Below are positions 53,301 through 63,300 of a stretch of 64,000 nucleotides of DNA, piece after piece. The stretch comes from Monocercomonoides exilis PA203 (lineage: Eukaryota > Protista > Preaxostyla). The stretch's first letter is position 1. The number at the start of each line of letters is the position of its first letter. A model generated the notes under the pieces. That model saw only the letters and a list, made by a program, of their open reading frames with translations. It ran no database searches and was not told the origin of the DNA. The position numbers and the translations under genes were made by a program. The stretch is from assembly GCA_001643675.2 (NCBI GenBank), contig LSRY02000023.1, positions 310,001-374,000 on the forward strand, written 5' to 3'.

Positions 53301-56300
53301 AGCAAATCCAATGATACTCATTGACGAAGGCTTTGTTTTGTGCGAAGTGGTGCGGATAGAAGCATTCAAATGGAACATTTATTCGAAAGAAAGCGGGAGG
53401 AAAATTGAAGTTATCTCTCCGCAGATTGAGAAGCCGTCCAATCAAAAGAGATATCTGACGAAGCAAATATTCCCTCGATCTTCTTCACAGGCAATGATAA
53501 ATGCACTTGTGTATGCAAAAATAACAGATTTAACATTTTCGCTTCCATCTACTCTTGATTGCATGGAGGCATTTTTTAAGTGCGAAGGAGGTGGATTGGA
53601 AATTGTCAAATGTTCCGCGATGAAATCAAATAAAGCTTCAAATGAAGAGTGGTCATTCACCCTTTTCGATGTTGTTGGTGGCTCTCTTTCTTTGTCGGCA
53701 TTTCAGTTTCATGGCCCAGTTTATATTTCCTCTTCGTCGCTGATTGAATGCACAGAAACCTGCCTTTTGCATTGTGCCAGCTGCATTTTTGAGAGCATCA
53801 CAAAATTATCAGGGGACGGAGGATGCATTAACATCCGCGGAAGTAAACGATCCAACGGAGAGAAAGAAATTAGCCTGGAAAACTGCACTTTCAAAGATTG
53901 CTCTGTCAAATCAGGCAAAAGCTACGGAGGAGCGTTGTTTGCTTCACTGAACGTGGAAAAAAAGCTTATTGTAAATGACACTTCATTGTTTTCTGGCTGT
54001 TTAGCTCCATCTGAAGACAACAACAGAGGCAAAGGCGGTGGCTGTATGATACTCGTAAATAATGAGCTGAGCTCGTTCAAGTTCTCGTCGGCTGTGTTGT
54101 TTTCGTCTTCTCACCCAAACAACGCCTTTTGGGGCAAAGACCTATTCGTGGCATGTGGAGCCGATATCTCCCTGAGGCAAATGGTTTCTCCGTCTTCTTT
54201 GGAGTTCCTCGACACTGTTAAAGTTCCAAAGGACGTCCAGCGGCTGAGCGGCAGCGAAAAGTCGGAGGAATCACTGGTTATTCCTCTGTGTGCATATGTC
54301 TGTGAGCTGAAGACCATTCTCGTTGAAGGCGGAGCAGGTGTTGATGTGCCGTACTGCGGGTTTTCTTCGTTTAAGTGCAAGACAGTTGATTACTCTGTCG
54401 AAAAGAGGTTTTCTGTTGAAGATACTTCGACAGTCACAGTTGAGTCAAATTCAGTCCTGCAGAATGAGCTTTCGTTTCAAAACAAGCAGATATATTTGAT
54501 TGCAAATAGCGTTGGGATGAAAGTCACAGTGATTGACAAAGGAACTTCAAATAATTTGCGCGCATTGCTGTCATGCGAAACAACTGTTCATGCGGAGAAC
54601 ATTACATTCATTCTCCCCAAGGTATTGGCAAATAAGCACGAATCATTCATTTCCTCTTCTTTTGCTTTGGGACTTGTTTCAACTTCATTCACCGTTGACT
54701 TCACAAAGCCATCAATTGCATATTCTTTCATAAACATTGTGTCTGGAGATGTTTCTCTGAAAAATTTCATTTTAGATCAGAGCATTACATTGACTGTTTC
54801 GTCGTTTTTGGTAATCAACACAGCAAATGTTGTTAGCATCGAAAATTGCTCATTCAAACAAATTCAGAAGGAAAACGAAAGCGGAGGAGCGATTCTTATG
54901 AAAGACGTAGCAGACGAAAGCAGCTCCATTCTGATTAGCAACTGCAGCATTTCTTCATCTTGTGTGAATGGTGCAGGGTTGCGCGGTGGTGGGATGTCGC
55001 TCACTTTACTCCATGCAGCCAGTCTGACAATCAAAGACATCTGCTTTAACTGCTGTACCATTCCATCAACAGACAATTCAACGAACGGGAGAGGGTTAGG
55101 TGGAGGACTGTATTTGTTCATAAGTGATGATTTCTCCGAGTTCCAATTTAGCAATTTGACTTATAATTCATGTTTGGCATGGAAAGGGAAAGATTTATTT
55201 GTCAGCGCTAAGAATTTTTCAGAGCTTATTCCACAAATAAGCGGATGGGTGCCAGATTGCAGTGAACCGTCGCAGTTTGATGTGATGATGGGGTTTGAGC
55301 GTGGAACAACAGGAGAATGCTATTTTGTCCCGTTGTGTGTTTATTTTTGGAACAATTTCACAAAGGTTGGATACGCTGATGGAACAAACGGTGGTGATTT
55401 CAGCAGCTGTGGCTATAAACAGGCTCCTTGCAATACTGTCAGCTGTTTGATTTCCAATCGGTTCACACCTTTCCCGCTCACAGGCTGCAACATCACAATT
55501 GTCAATTCTGCTGCACTCACAGTTGCGATGAATGTGGCATCAACATCTTATTTATCATTCAACGGAGCACAAGATACAGCTTCAGTTGTAATCACTGATG
55601 CACAGCCATTGGAGCAGCAGTCATTCTTCTATTGTACTGCACCTATTCACTTTAACAAACTCGTTTTGTCCATTCCTCATTCGCTGCGCGAAGGCAGAGA
55701 CAGTTTGTTTCATTGTTACTCAACTTCACTTTCAATGAGCAGCATTCTGATGAAAGTCACACAAATCCCCAAAAAATGTGGATATACAATCTTCAGTGCA
55801 GTTAACAGCTCTCTGCACCTGATGATGTTTAATGTGACAGACATGAGCTTTGATCTGTCGTTTTTGAGTGTTTATTCAACAGAATGTGTTCTCGATTTGT
55901 GCACTTTTACTCATCTCAACATGTCAGCGTCGCTTCTTAAGGCTTCCAGAGCATCGTCTCTTGTGCTGTACATGGCCACATTGTCAAATCTGGAACTCTC
56001 ATCTGACAGTGTGATTTTAATTGAAGATTCTAACCAAGATGATCCATCAACATACAGTGAAAATTGTAATCATAATTCGCTATCTCATTCAACAAATGAA
56101 GGAGTTAGTTCTAACAAATCACCATATCAATCCTCAAATGGTGAAGATTCTGCTGTTACTATATCGTTCATGTGGTCCATTGTACAGACTGTGCAGCAGA
56201 GTTCAGACGGAGCAGCTGTGATTCGATCAAATGCTGATTCATTTCCAGTCACTGCGACCATCAACAACTCATCCATAAACAGCGTAACCTCCACACAATC

Positions 56301-59300
56301 GAATCAAGGCGGAGCTATTTTGTTCACATTAAACGATGGCGCTGATTTCACAGTTGAACAGTCGATTTTCACTGGGTGTGTAACACGACTGGGAAGAGGA
56401 GGAGCTATCTTTTTGGATTGTACTTCGTCTATTAATGATTACCTCCCTTTTCTTTTATCACTCGTTACATTCACAAACAACAACGCCATCAAAGGCCGAG
56501 ATGTTTATGTTAAATGCTGCTCAATACAGACACAGATCAATGAAAAACAGTTTCTTCTTGATTTCAGGCATCCTTACAACCAAACAGATTCCATTTGGGG
56601 TGTTGACGAGACTACACATACAACAGAAATGGATTTGTTGCTTCTTGTTGTTGTCTATCGAAGTGAAGTTGTATTTGTTTCATCGACTGCAAAGGAGAAC
56701 TCGGATGGAAAACAATGTGGCACAAACTCTGCTCCTTGCACTTCGTTCAACGTGGGTGTATCAAGAGTCATGGCTTCATCGTTTAGCCAGTTGATTATCA
56801 TTGGAAAGACACCGCTGTGCGCGTGTACAAAGGTTTCTGACATGGTGTTGAAATCATCTGACAACAATGTTTCAAGTGTTGATCTCGACTCCTCTAATCA
56901 GTTTTCAGAGGCGTCGCTCATTCGGCTGTCGTCATCAGTGAAAATTGAGCGTCTTTCATTCTGCTTTCATTCGTCGTTTTCATGCTCAGAAGGGGTTTTG
57001 CTTGACGGCGTTGAGGCAATCTTGGAAATGCAGCATATACAATTCACTTCGGGCGCAGACTCGGTATATACACAATTGACTTTCAATGTTAGTCTCATCG
57101 CGTTAGAAGGCGGCACACTGACTCTGAGAGATTGTTCAATTAGCTCATTGTTTTTACAGCCATCACTAATCAACGTAGTTCAATCGCAATCTATCAAACT
57201 GCTCGGCATTTCTATCAGTGGTGTAAGCACAGAAGATTCTCTATTGAAAGCCTCATTAACGTCAGAGCTTTTGGTAATAAATGGCACTTGCAGCGATTTT
57301 TCATCTGATTCGTCCTCTTTATATTTTTCGGATGTTAACGTTGTTTCTTTATATAACATGTCATTTAATAACGCAGAAAATATCGGATCACTCTTTCAGT
57401 TCTCATCGTGTTCTGCATATGCTGAGCATCTAAATATCAGCAACATCGATTCTTTTGGTCGTTTCATGACATTTGCTGATTGTAACAATGTTTCATTGTA
57501 TTCAGCCAGAGTATCCTCCTGTTCAAGCCAAGGATCATTTATTGATATTTCAGCAAAATCGCTCTCTGAAACTGATTCACAGTTGATCACGTTCATTCTT
57601 GAGTCTGTTGTTATTAATGATGTTACAACAAAGGCAAAAGGATCGCTTGTTTGCATTTCAGCATCACAGACAATAGTCAACTGCTCAAATATCACAATTG
57701 AAAGGAATAAGATTGAATCAGATGTTTTGTTTGACCTTCTCAAATGTTCTGCTTTATCTCTTTCACACACAACAATATCTCATTCCAGTTCGTTGGCAGA
57801 CTCCTCGCTTATTCGCGCTGCTGCTCCATCTACTCCTTCACCAGCTGCTCCACAAGAGGTTTCTGTTGACTCAATCATTATCTCCTCTTGCAATATGAGC
57901 CAGTCGAAATCATTCAAAAGCCTTGGATCGATGCTGTATGTTTCGTCGTGCAATTCTGTTGCTCTAACTTCGAATGTAATTACTGAAACACAACAAGCTT
58001 TTTCGAATTTGGAAAGCAGCACAAACAAAAATGCTGATTTAAAGGGAGATCAGCTTTGCAAGTGGAACACATCGTTTCTTCATTTCTCAAAAAGTGTTGT
58101 AAACATCAGAGACACCACCATTTCTGACACATCTGGCGCATTATCCGTCTTCGGCGGAAGTGTCACACTTGAAAAAAGCGAGTTCTACAACAACGCCCCT
58201 TTCATCGATGGATATACAGGCATCAAGCGGAACATCCTGTGCTCCAATATGGGAACTGTGAACATCGACAGTTTGAAAGGTGGCGATGGAGTAAAAGACA
58301 ATTCGTCCCTTTGGATTCTGAGCGATAACTGCACTTTGGAAGGGATCATTAAGGAGCGCTCGTCGCCTCTGTTTATCCCGAAACTCGATGAACTGAATAT
58401 TGATGCATCGAAAGAGGATGTACAGCTTCAGTTCATCGGGAGCGATTTCGTACCGTGCAATTTCTCATTCCAGGTTGTTATGACTGTGAATGGTCAGGCA
58501 GAGGTGCTGAACTTTGATTTCGAATCGATTCTTTCTGAAAGTGAAGCGATTGGCAATGTTCCGATGTCGTTGTATAATGAAAACATTTATGTGCGTCTTG
58601 TGTATGAGAACAAAAGTGAGACTCCGAAGTATTCAAAAAACTATCCACTGAAAAACACGACATTCCAAGAAAACTCCACTCAGATGAGCAGCCACTCCAG
58701 CAGCACTTCAATGGATCCATGGACAATCGGTTTTGTGATCGTGGCTGTTAGCCTTGCGATTATAATCATCATCTTCATCGTCTTCGCATTGAAAGCGCGC
58801 CATTCCAAGAAACTGTATTCCATACGCGAAATGAAGTACCGCGAAGATCTGGAAGCGCTGCTCAGCTCACGCGAACCAGAAAACACAGAAGCGTTCGCAT
58901 TCACACTCACTCCGCAGGATTACAGAGAGAAAGAAGCAATGTCTTCGCATCTGCACACCACACCGCGAGCCAAAAAGAGCAGCAGCAGGCAAAGCTGCGG
59001 GCAGAGCGGGAAGCGTTCTGGCAAGCTTCCGCGCCAGCAGACACAAACACAACATTCAGATCAACCACCGCAACAACTCTCAGCACACCATTCGCAGCGG
59101 CAGCAAAAGCAATCAGGACAATCATCACAATCGGCACAGTCATTTGAGATGATCGAGGAATGCCTCTCACAAAACGGAGAGCCCGCCTCTCCAGTTGTCC
59201 AGCCGCCAATGCTTGCATTGGAGGACATTTACCACGATGTGGTGGATGGAATTGCCGTCTACTCTGCTGTTTATCCGCATTCTCTCGCTTCCTCAATCTC

Positions 59301-59802
59301 TCCATCCTCAGATGCTGCCATCATTGCTAACAACCCCATTTCCTCACCTTCTCCCATCCGCCCGAAACTTGCAAAGGATCACCGCATTGCTGCATCTCTC
59401 TCGCCTGCTCTAGCTCATCTCAGTCGAAACTCTTCTGCCGCATCTTCATCTTCTTCTGCTTCTGTTTCTGCCTCTGCTTCTTCATCTTCCTCTGCTTCTG
59501 CTACATCATCCACCTGTGCTCTTACCACTTCCATCACTCCTTCGACGTCCTCTGCTTTTACTCCCACCTGCCATTTCAACCAGACTTGCGGTTCTGCCGG
59601 CACACTCAACCTCAATGCTTCCAACAATTCTCCTTCTCACAAAAGGATGCCTCCCAGGGCTCCTTCATCACGTGCTGCGCGAAATCAGCCAAACAGACCT
59701 TATTCATCAATCAACAGAGTTACTCCGTCTTCTTCTTCTCCACCGTCCAACCCGTCTTCTGCCTGTCTTTCTGCCAATCGCAACTCGTCCCAGCCGCTTT
59801 AA
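50308..59802 (+). CDS. Giant (~3,160 aa) type I membrane protein, same family as the 48633 gene
   Basis: Signal peptide MSNGIHGLLLTIFFVCLMHAAAHA; five G-x-D..CG..(P)C-x-T modules; TM WTIGFVIVAVSLAIIIIIFIVFAL followed by KARHSKK (~58720-58810); Ser/Pro-rich cytoplasmic tail. Confidence 0.9.
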   Translation: MSNGIHGLLLTIFFVCLMHAAAHAEKVAQYLPNEDKNFQFISFNHSFPITSRIVTNNHLLTTNIIQSFWKHHPPIDIIAYGHLSLLSSNFILSNSSLNLSHLSLCKCCSKSIFSLHTFSSLILTATSFSLLDNSLDNIASCENGDLYLVNVSILSSSPSGIVSKNIFSPQFSLQSTVSSVNVNILDSLFSSFSLSSQAFLVAPSISSISISHSAFFNLSTTSIYKPRQSFIDSFSSLIEGCIFSSVYDALDGAIVRPLHSQCACFAVFNSSFFRNQRVTNLEASDEVGNPRKLLRQNVTSNEDAIFNWCEWSNCQAIGSTADSFSSTCGGAISCFSLESLNLRTSNCFFFDCSASLFGGAVLCDSIAAVSLINSSFTGCKASDGKGGGVCIHSISGCVSIERCNFTSCSTVCEGGGAYLDYFSYLKSECKGAEEKDVTSNFMSECFFVACSVGDSEGGGLSCSLVPVTFRISSICFESCSALSKGGGLHLVPLQESFDKDNKMCFFLFFQQCLCSPKSQQNQRNSQEPYGHDVYLEDNYDLHSSSPFVDSYTTNKDDERVCYASGAYDLTFYTKEKKSWLLDLDERNVSASGADSSALCGMGNEQPCKTVGYALSVSEMCSINMASGNYVSEKYTIAVGDKVISIRGNDMKDTVITTNALLPVDSESPTSSSSSESLLSLFSVASGSLWVMSLSIYHNSILPSSPLLFAMESESGHLFLSEVLLTIPSSHKQSRFTFTSPLFLVFASRLNFVDVTVSDMSLSECVIQEALLAPSTPEQLIYTPSTKSDAQSLSTSIALSNITASNIIRSGGNGVLLSRTVGTDEAFSLSNITLDHCNCSEGNGGGIDISLSDPSGSLRIGSSGADSKFSACSAAGYGGGVYLFLSDNCEDAVLSSLEFEDCKAALGGEDVFVNGSSFTTQLISDMIQIETGTHSFSSLMGCDRSLSFDEAIPLAVFLETFEPPAHVGSPTEGKNREQCGYEFFPCLTIGYAVEARFSEANPMILIDEGFVLCEVVRIEAFKWNIYSKESGRKIEVISPQIEKPSNQKRYLTKQIFPRSSSQAMINALVYAKITDLTFSLPSTLDCMEAFFKCEGGGLEIVKCSAMKSNKASNEEWSFTLFDVVGGSLSLSAFQFHGPVYISSSSLIECTETCLLHCASCIFESITKLSGDGGCINIRGSKRSNGEKEISLENCTFKDCSVKSGKSYGGALFASLNVEKKLIVNDTSLFSGCLAPSEDNNRGKGGGCMILVNNELSSFKFSSAVLFSSSHPNNAFWGKDLFVACGADISLRQMVSPSSLEFLDTVKVPKDVQRLSGSEKSEESLVIPLCAYVCELKTILVEGGAGVDVPYCGFSSFKCKTVDYSVEKRFSVEDTSTVTVESNSVLQNELSFQNKQIYLIANSVGMKVTVIDKGTSNNLRALLSCETTVHAENITFILPKVLANKHESFISSSFALGLVSTSFTVDFTKPSIAYSFINIVSGDVSLKNFILDQSITLTVSSFLVINTANVVSIENCSFKQIQKENESGGAILMKDVADESSSILISNCSISSSCVNGAGLRGGGMSLTLLHAASLTIKDICFNCCTIPSTDNSTNGRGLGGGLYLFISDDFSEFQFSNLTYNSCLAWKGKDLFVSAKNFSELIPQISGWVPDCSEPSQFDVMMGFERGTTGECYFVPLCVYFWNNFTKVGYADGTNGGDFSSCGYKQAPCNTVSCLISNRFTPFPLTGCNITIVNSAALTVAMNVASTSYLSFNGAQDTASVVITDAQPLEQQSFFYCTAPIHFNKLVLSIPHSLREGRDSLFHCYSTSLSMSSILMKVTQIPKKCGYTIFSAVNSSLHLMMFNVTDMSFDLSFLSVYSTECVLDLCTFTHLNMSASLLKASRASSLVLYMATLSNLELSSDSVILIEDSNQDDPSTYSENCNHNSLSHSTNEGVSSNKSPYQSSNGEDSAVTISFMWSIVQTVQQSSDGAAVIRSNADSFPVTATINNSSINSVTSTQSNQGGAILFTLNDGADFTVEQSIFTGCVTRLGRGGAIFLDCTSSINDYLPFLLSLVTFTNNNAIKGRDVYVKCCSIQTQINEKQFLLDFRHPYNQTDSIWGVDETTHTTEMDLLLLVVVYRSEVVFVSSTAKENSDGKQCGTNSAPCTSFNVGVSRVMASSFSQLIIIGKTPLCACTKVSDMVLKSSDNNVSSVDLDSSNQFSEASLIRLSSSVKIERLSFCFHSSFSCSEGVLLDGVEAILEMQHIQFTSGADSVYTQLTFNVSLIALEGGTLTLRDCSISSLFLQPSLINVVQSQSIKLLGISISGVSTEDSLLKASLTSELLVINGTCSDFSSDSSSLYFSDVNVVSLYNMSFNNAENIGSLFQFSSCSAYAEHLNISNIDSFGRFMTFADCNNVSLYSARVSSCSSQGSFIDISAKSLSETDSQLITFILESVVINDVTTKAKGSLVCISASQTIVNCSNITIERNKIESDVLFDLLKCSALSLSHTTISHSSSLADSSLIRAAAPSTPSPAAPQEVSVDSIIISSCNMSQSKSFKSLGSMLYVSSCNSVALTSNVITETQQAFSNLESSTNKNADLKGDQLCKWNTSFLHFSKSVVNIRDTTISDTSGALSVFGGSVTLEKSEFYNNAPFIDGYTGIKRNILCSNMGTVNIDSLKGGDGVKDNSSLWILSDNCTLEGIIKERSSPLFIPKLDELNIDASKEDVQLQFIGSDFVPCNFSFQVVMTVNGQAEVLNFDFESILSESEAIGNVPMSLYNENIYVRLVYENKSETPKYSKNYPLKNTTFQENSTQMSSHSSSTSMDPWTIGFVIVAVSLAIIIIIFIVFALKARHSKKLYSIREMKYREDLEALLSSREPENTEAFAFTLTPQDYREKEAMSSHLHTTPRAKKSSSRQSCGQSGKRSGKLPRQQTQTQHSDQPPQQLSAHHSQRQQKQSGQSSQSAQSFEMIEECLSQNGEPASPVVQPPMLALEDIYHDVVDGIAVYSAVYPHSLASSISPSSDAAIIANNPISSPSPIRPKLAKDHRIAASLSPALAHLSRNSSAASSSSSASVSASASSSSSASATSSTCALTTSITPSTSSAFTPTCHFNQTCGSAGTLNLNASNNSPSHKRMPPRAPSSRAARNQPNRPYSSINRVTPSSSSPPSNPSSACLSANRNSSQPL

Positions 59803-60379
59803 AACGGCCGAAAAAGAAAGAAAGAAAGAAAGACTTTGTGAATTTTTACAATTATATTTTATATTAGCTTTGCTTTTTTTCGTTGGTTTGTAAGTTTTTT
59901 CAACGGTGTACATGTAATTCGTCTTGCTTTGAGTGATGTTCATTCTGCAATACAGATTTATTGTGTGCATCTTCGAAAACCATTTCACCCACTTCATTTT
60001 TTTACAATTGTGTGTTTTATGTTTTATGTGTGTTATTATATTATCTTTCTTCTATTTATTTTTATGAATAACTCCTCAAAGGCACTGATATGGCTGTCTG
60101 CGAGGAGGGAAAAATAATCTGTTATTATATTATCTAAACATTATTTATTGTAAATATTTTGTAGTGAATAATAAACAATAGAGGATTTCAAGATGAAAAG
60201 GAAAAGATTTATCAAAATGTGGCGATGTGTTTGCTGACATGAAAGAAATAACGAAGTGATTTATAGACTTTGAGAATAATGTGCTAAGTTACAACAAGAT
60301 CTATATGATGTGAGAAAAAGAAAAACAGAAGAAATGAAAATAGAAAGGAGAAAAAAAGAATGAAATGTTATAGTGATTC

Positions 60380-63300
60380 TCATTGCCTATTCTTGCTGCG
60401 TGAGCGCGATCTCTTGCTGTTATGCCTCGATTTGTGCTCTTTGTTAGGCGTGCGGCTTCTGCTGCCTGCCCTCCTTTTCCTTCTTTCGCTTCTTTCGCTT
60501 CTGCCATTCCCAGGCTCGTGAACTTCGCTGTGGCTTTCGCTTTCACTGGAATCTCCATCGTCTTTTCGACTTCTTCTGTGGATGTGGATCCGAACACGAG
60601 GCGCTGAACGGTCAGATGTTGAGACAGAATGAACCACCGAAGAAGAAGGCATGGCAGATACTTCACCGAATGACGAGAAAGTTGGTAGACTTCCTGAGGC
60701 TCCAGGCTCACGAGTCTCAACTGTTTGCGGAACTTGCATAGTCATTTGCCTTGACGGCTGTGCACTTGTCGCCATCGCTGAGAGCGTTCGCATAAACGTT
60801 GTTTGCTCTTCAGGCATCAGAGTCGAAGCAGCAGCAGCAGGAGCAGCAGTAACATTACCAACAGCAGGTGCACCAAAGCCCTCTGAATAAGTCTGCTGAG
60901 CGCGCTGCTTCTGAATGGCTGCTGCCATCGCTTCTTCAGTCGCAGGCGATGTTCCAGTTACCGATGGTGCGAAGGTCATTTGAGAAGGCTGAACTGTTTG
61001 CATTGGCTGTACAACTGGCTGAGATGCAAAAGATGGATATGCCATTCCTGCTGAAACTGCAGGCTGTTGATTGATGTTTGGAGAAGTTGAGAACGATGTT
61101 GCTGTATTGCTTGCAAGTGTGGAAGTGCCTCCGCTTTGTCTATCCTGTGTCCCAGTAACAGACATGTCATACACATCAGGATGCATCTCTGTCGCTGTGC
61201 GCTCAATCTCTAGTGAGTTCAAAGGAAACGCTGGTGGAGTGTTGTGTGAGGTTGATGTCAAAGTGATTGGCGTGGTGAGTCTCATCGGAATTTGCAGGTT
61301 TTCGCTCACTCCGTCTCCAACTGAAAAGCGCTCGGTTGTGTCTTTTGGAGAACGCGATCGGCTTTTTCGCGTCTCACCTGCTTTCTCAATTTTATCCTTA
61401 TCTCTTTCTCGCTCTTTGTGTTTGCTTTCCTTCTTGTGATCTCTGTGATTGTCGTGATGATGTCTATGCCTCGACGAACTTCCATGCTTTCCTCTGCTTC
61501 CTTTGGGATCGTTGCTACTTTCTTCTTTAGGCTTTGCTTTTGTTTGAGACGCTTCTTCATTTGCAGCTTTTTGCTGCGCGTTAATTTCTGCTTGCTTCAT
61601 CGCCAATTGTGTTTGAAGCGATTCTTCTTTGATGGTCATCCGATGCACAGTTGCTGTCAGCTGAACATTTTGCCTTTTCAAGTCGTCGATTTCCTTCTGC
61701 TTCTCTCTCACCAAATCTGTCAACCTTTGTACTTCGCTTGCATCTCTTTCCAGCTGTTCATTAACTCTCAGTGCTTCATCTCTCTCTCCTTCAATCAAAT
61801 GCATCTCCTTCACCAGATCTTCTTTCTCGTTCATCAACCGCTTCAGCGCCTCTTTCTGTTCAATCAGCATGCTTTTCTGTTGCTTGTAAACAGTGTGGAT
61901 GCGCTGTGCTTTCTCGAGTGCTTTGTCAAACCGCTTCTGTGCTTTCTCCTCTTTTTCCATCGCTTCTTTCAGCTGTGCTTCAAGCTCTGCTTTTTCGCTT
62001 TCTGCTTTTTCTATTCGTTTTTTGAATTCTTCCTCGTTCTTCTTCGCTGCTTCTTTCGATTCGGTCAACTCTTTCTCGCGAAGCTGCAACTTCTCCAACT
62101 CACTGTTTCTCTCTCTTTCAATCTCTTTCATCTTTCCCAATTCTTTTTCTTTTTCCTTTTCTGAATCTTTCAAGCTTTCCATCGCTTTTTCCTTTTCAGC
62201 GTGTTTCTCCTTCCATCTTTCAATCTCGTTTTCTCTTTCTTTGTCTTTCAGCTTCATTCGCTCAAGTTCTATCAAAAACCCTCTCTCTCTGTCTCTGAGC
62301 TGCTCCACCTCTTCTTCTTTCCTTCTCAATTGAGTCAGTTCTCTATCTCTTTCCTTCTCTCTCGCACGCTCTCTTTCGCGCAGCCTTTCTCTCTCTTGCT
62401 CCAATTCTCTCCATTCCCAGTCATAATCCTTTTCTCCTCCTTTTGGCCTTGATACATCTCTGTCTTTCTCTCTCTCAATATCTCTATTGCGCTCTCTATC
62501 TCGCTCCCTTTCCCTCTCTCGTTCTCGTTCTCTTTCCCTTTCTCTTTCCCTCTCTCGTTCTCTTTCCCTTTCCCTTTCTCTGTCCCATTCTCTTTCTTTC
62601 TCTCTCGCTCTGTCGCGATCTCTTTCTCTCTCCAGCATCATCTCTCTCTCCAGTCCACTCGACACGCTGATTGATGGAATTGCCACTGGAGTTGGCTGAA
62701 CAGTCACAGGCGCAGGCGCTGGTGCAGGTGGAGGTGGCTGAGCCATGCCAAGTATTGGCTGAACAGGAATTGTCGTTGTTGAGGCAAGAAGATGAGACGG
62801 AATCACATATTTCTCTTCAACTTGCTTTTTCGCTTTCGCATCGTTGATCATCTCGAGCCAGTGCGCTCTTTCTTCTCTTCTTTCTTTTTCTCTCTCTTTT
62901 TCCATCTGTCTTTCTCTTTCTCTTTCTGCCTCTCTCTTTCTCTCTTTCTCTCTTTCAGCTTCTCTTTCCTTCTCCTTTTCTGCTTCAATGTGCCGCTCAA
63001 TCTCCCTCTGCTTGTCTCTCAGTCGTTCTTCTTCTCGTTCTTTTTCTCGTTGTCTCTCTCTTTCTCTCTCTTCTTCTCTTTCTCTTTCTCTCTCCTTTTC
63101 TCTTTCGATTTCTTCTTCCCTCTCCTTTTCTCTCCTTTTCTCCTTTTCTTGTTCTTCTTCTCTTTCTTTCTGCCTTTGCTTTTCTCGTTCTTTCTCTTCT
63201 TCTCTCTCTCTTTGTCTTTGCTTCTCTCTCTCTCTTTCTTCTTCCCTTTCTTTTTGCCTCTGCTTTTCTCGATCCTTTTCTTCTTCTCTTTCTTTCGCTC

